From an uncultured Clostridia bacterium (GTDB lineage: Bacteria > Bacillota > Clostridia > Oscillospirales > Ruminococcaceae): a DNA stretch of 64,000 bases. The position numbers and the translations under genes are program-made. The notes under the pieces are model-generated. The model ran no database searches and was not told the DNA's origin. It was given only the letters and a program-made list of their open reading frames with translations. Location: assembly GCA_945923775.1 (NCBI GenBank), contig CAMELR010000002.1, positions 5,837 through 69,836 on the forward strand, read 5' to 3'. The number at the start of each line of letters is the position of its first letter. The first letter of the stretch is position 1. This document shows, piece by piece, positions 63,281 through 64,000 of the stretch.

Positions 63281-64000
63281 TTAACCGATAAGCGTATTGG
63301 TGTCGATGATCAGCGAAATGCTGCCGTCGCCCATTATCGTGCAGCCCGAAAGACCCTCGCCCTTGATGTTGTACTTGTTGAGGTATGCAGGGAACGGCTT
63401 TACGACTACCTGCTGCTCGCCGATAAGCTTGTCGGCGAAAATGCAGACGCTCTTGTTGTCGGTCTCCACAAGAAGCAGGATACCGTCCTCAAGGTTGGTG
63501 ATCTCGGTGTCTATCGCGAACTTCTCATGCATGCGGAGGATAGGATAGCAAACGCCGCGTATCATGATCATCTCGTTGTTCTTTGTATCGCGGAGTATCT
63601 GGCTGGATTCAGCCTTGAAGCTCTCGCGGATAGTGGAGATCGGCACGGTGAATACCAGATCGCCGACTGTGATCTCCATACCGTCGATAATTGCAAGAGT
63701 GAGCGGGATCTTGATGATAAATGTAGTTCCTTCGCCCTTCTTGCTGTCAACGATGATGGAACCGCCGCACTTCTCAACGTTCGCCTTTACAACGTCCATG
63801 CCGACGCCGCGTCCGCTGAATTCGGTAACGGTCTCATTTGTGGAGAATCCGGGGAGTAGTATGAGATTCTGGATCTCCTTCTCTGTATATTCGCTCTCGG
63901 GCTTTGTGAGAATGCCCTGCTTTCTTGCTTTGTTCATGATCTTTTCGGGATCAATGCCTGCGCCGTCATCGGATACGGTGATTATTACTTCGCCGGAAGC
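63281..64000 (-). CDS. cheA: chemotaxis histidine kinase CheA, C-terminal part (5' end outside window)
   Basis: The frame is open to the window edge. It contains the HATPase G-boxes (GRGVGMDVV, GEGTTFIIKIPLTLAII) and a C-terminal CheW-like domain. Confidence 0.9.
   Translation of the reverse strand, partial: ASGEVIITVSDDGAGIDPEKIMNKARKQGILTKPESEYTEKEIQNLILLPGFSTNETVTEFSGRGVGMDVVKANVEKCGGSIIVDSKKGEGTTFIIKIPLTLAIIDGMEITVGDLVFTVPISTIRESFKAESSQILRDTKNNEMIMIRGVCYPILRMHEKFAIDTEITNLEDGILLLVETDNKSVCIFADKLIGEQQVVVKPFPAYLNKYNIKGEGLSGCTIMGDGSISLIIDTNTLIG

Noticed and set aside
1-64000. Search for rRNA, tRNA, CRISPR arrays, transposases/integrases, prophage genes or recognisable defence systems.
   Set aside because: By eye I saw no tRNA-like GTTCGAATC arms in intergenic DNA, no regularly spaced direct repeats with unique spacers, and no recombinase, terminase or restriction-type proteins among the translated ORFs. 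The accessory block (19-33 kb) consists of transport, surface and metabolism genes. A tRNAscan, Rfam or defence-finder run would be needed for certainty.

Overview
This window is a chromosomal segment from a moderately GC-rich Clostridia-type Firmicute. The organism appears to be a spore former (gpr, remB) and motile (cheAWRB). The segment spans the replication origin. On the minus strand the order is dnaA-dnaN-yaaA-recF-remB, then rpsT and a PNPOx-family gene on the plus strand, then gyrB, a small membrane protein, gyrA, parS, mnmG-rsmG-noc, three parS sites, soj-spo0J and serS. oriC looks bipartite. One cluster of a variant DnaA box (TTTTCAACA on the dnaA-sense strand) lies upstream of dnaA. 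A second cluster lies in the dnaA-dnaN spacer and ends in two tandem boxes, a GC cluster, a perfect (TTA)7 array and an AT-rich stretch, which is the DnaA-box/DnaA-trio/DUE layout. The rest is mostly housekeeping: fucI 3' end, a YabE-like 3D/G5 wall protein, NUDIX, glyQS, mgtE, ilvE, mtaB, purL, thrS, darA-holB-ricT and a clostridial ferredoxin that is absent from the ORF track. There is also an accessory-looking block at about 19-33 kb: an orphan protein, a MacA/MacB-like pair without an ATPase, a 994-aa RCC1/Big_2/Fn3 secreted protein, MBL-fold, DtxR-family and AstE/AspA-family genes, and an ABC ATPase paired with a roughly 1200-aa FtsX permease carrying a roughly 420-aa coiled-coil insert. 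The most interesting unannotated signal is a compact par/Fst-like type I toxin-antitoxin module between thrS and cheB (60600-60888). It has two convergent consensus promoters, a 26-codon hydrophobic ORF, a shared bidirectional terminator and a 12-nt direct repeat that gives the antisense sRNA complementarity to the toxin start region. I found no rRNA, tRNA, CRISPR array, transposase or integrase. Riboswitch calls for the yabE-like and mgtE leaders are tentative and need covariance-model searches.
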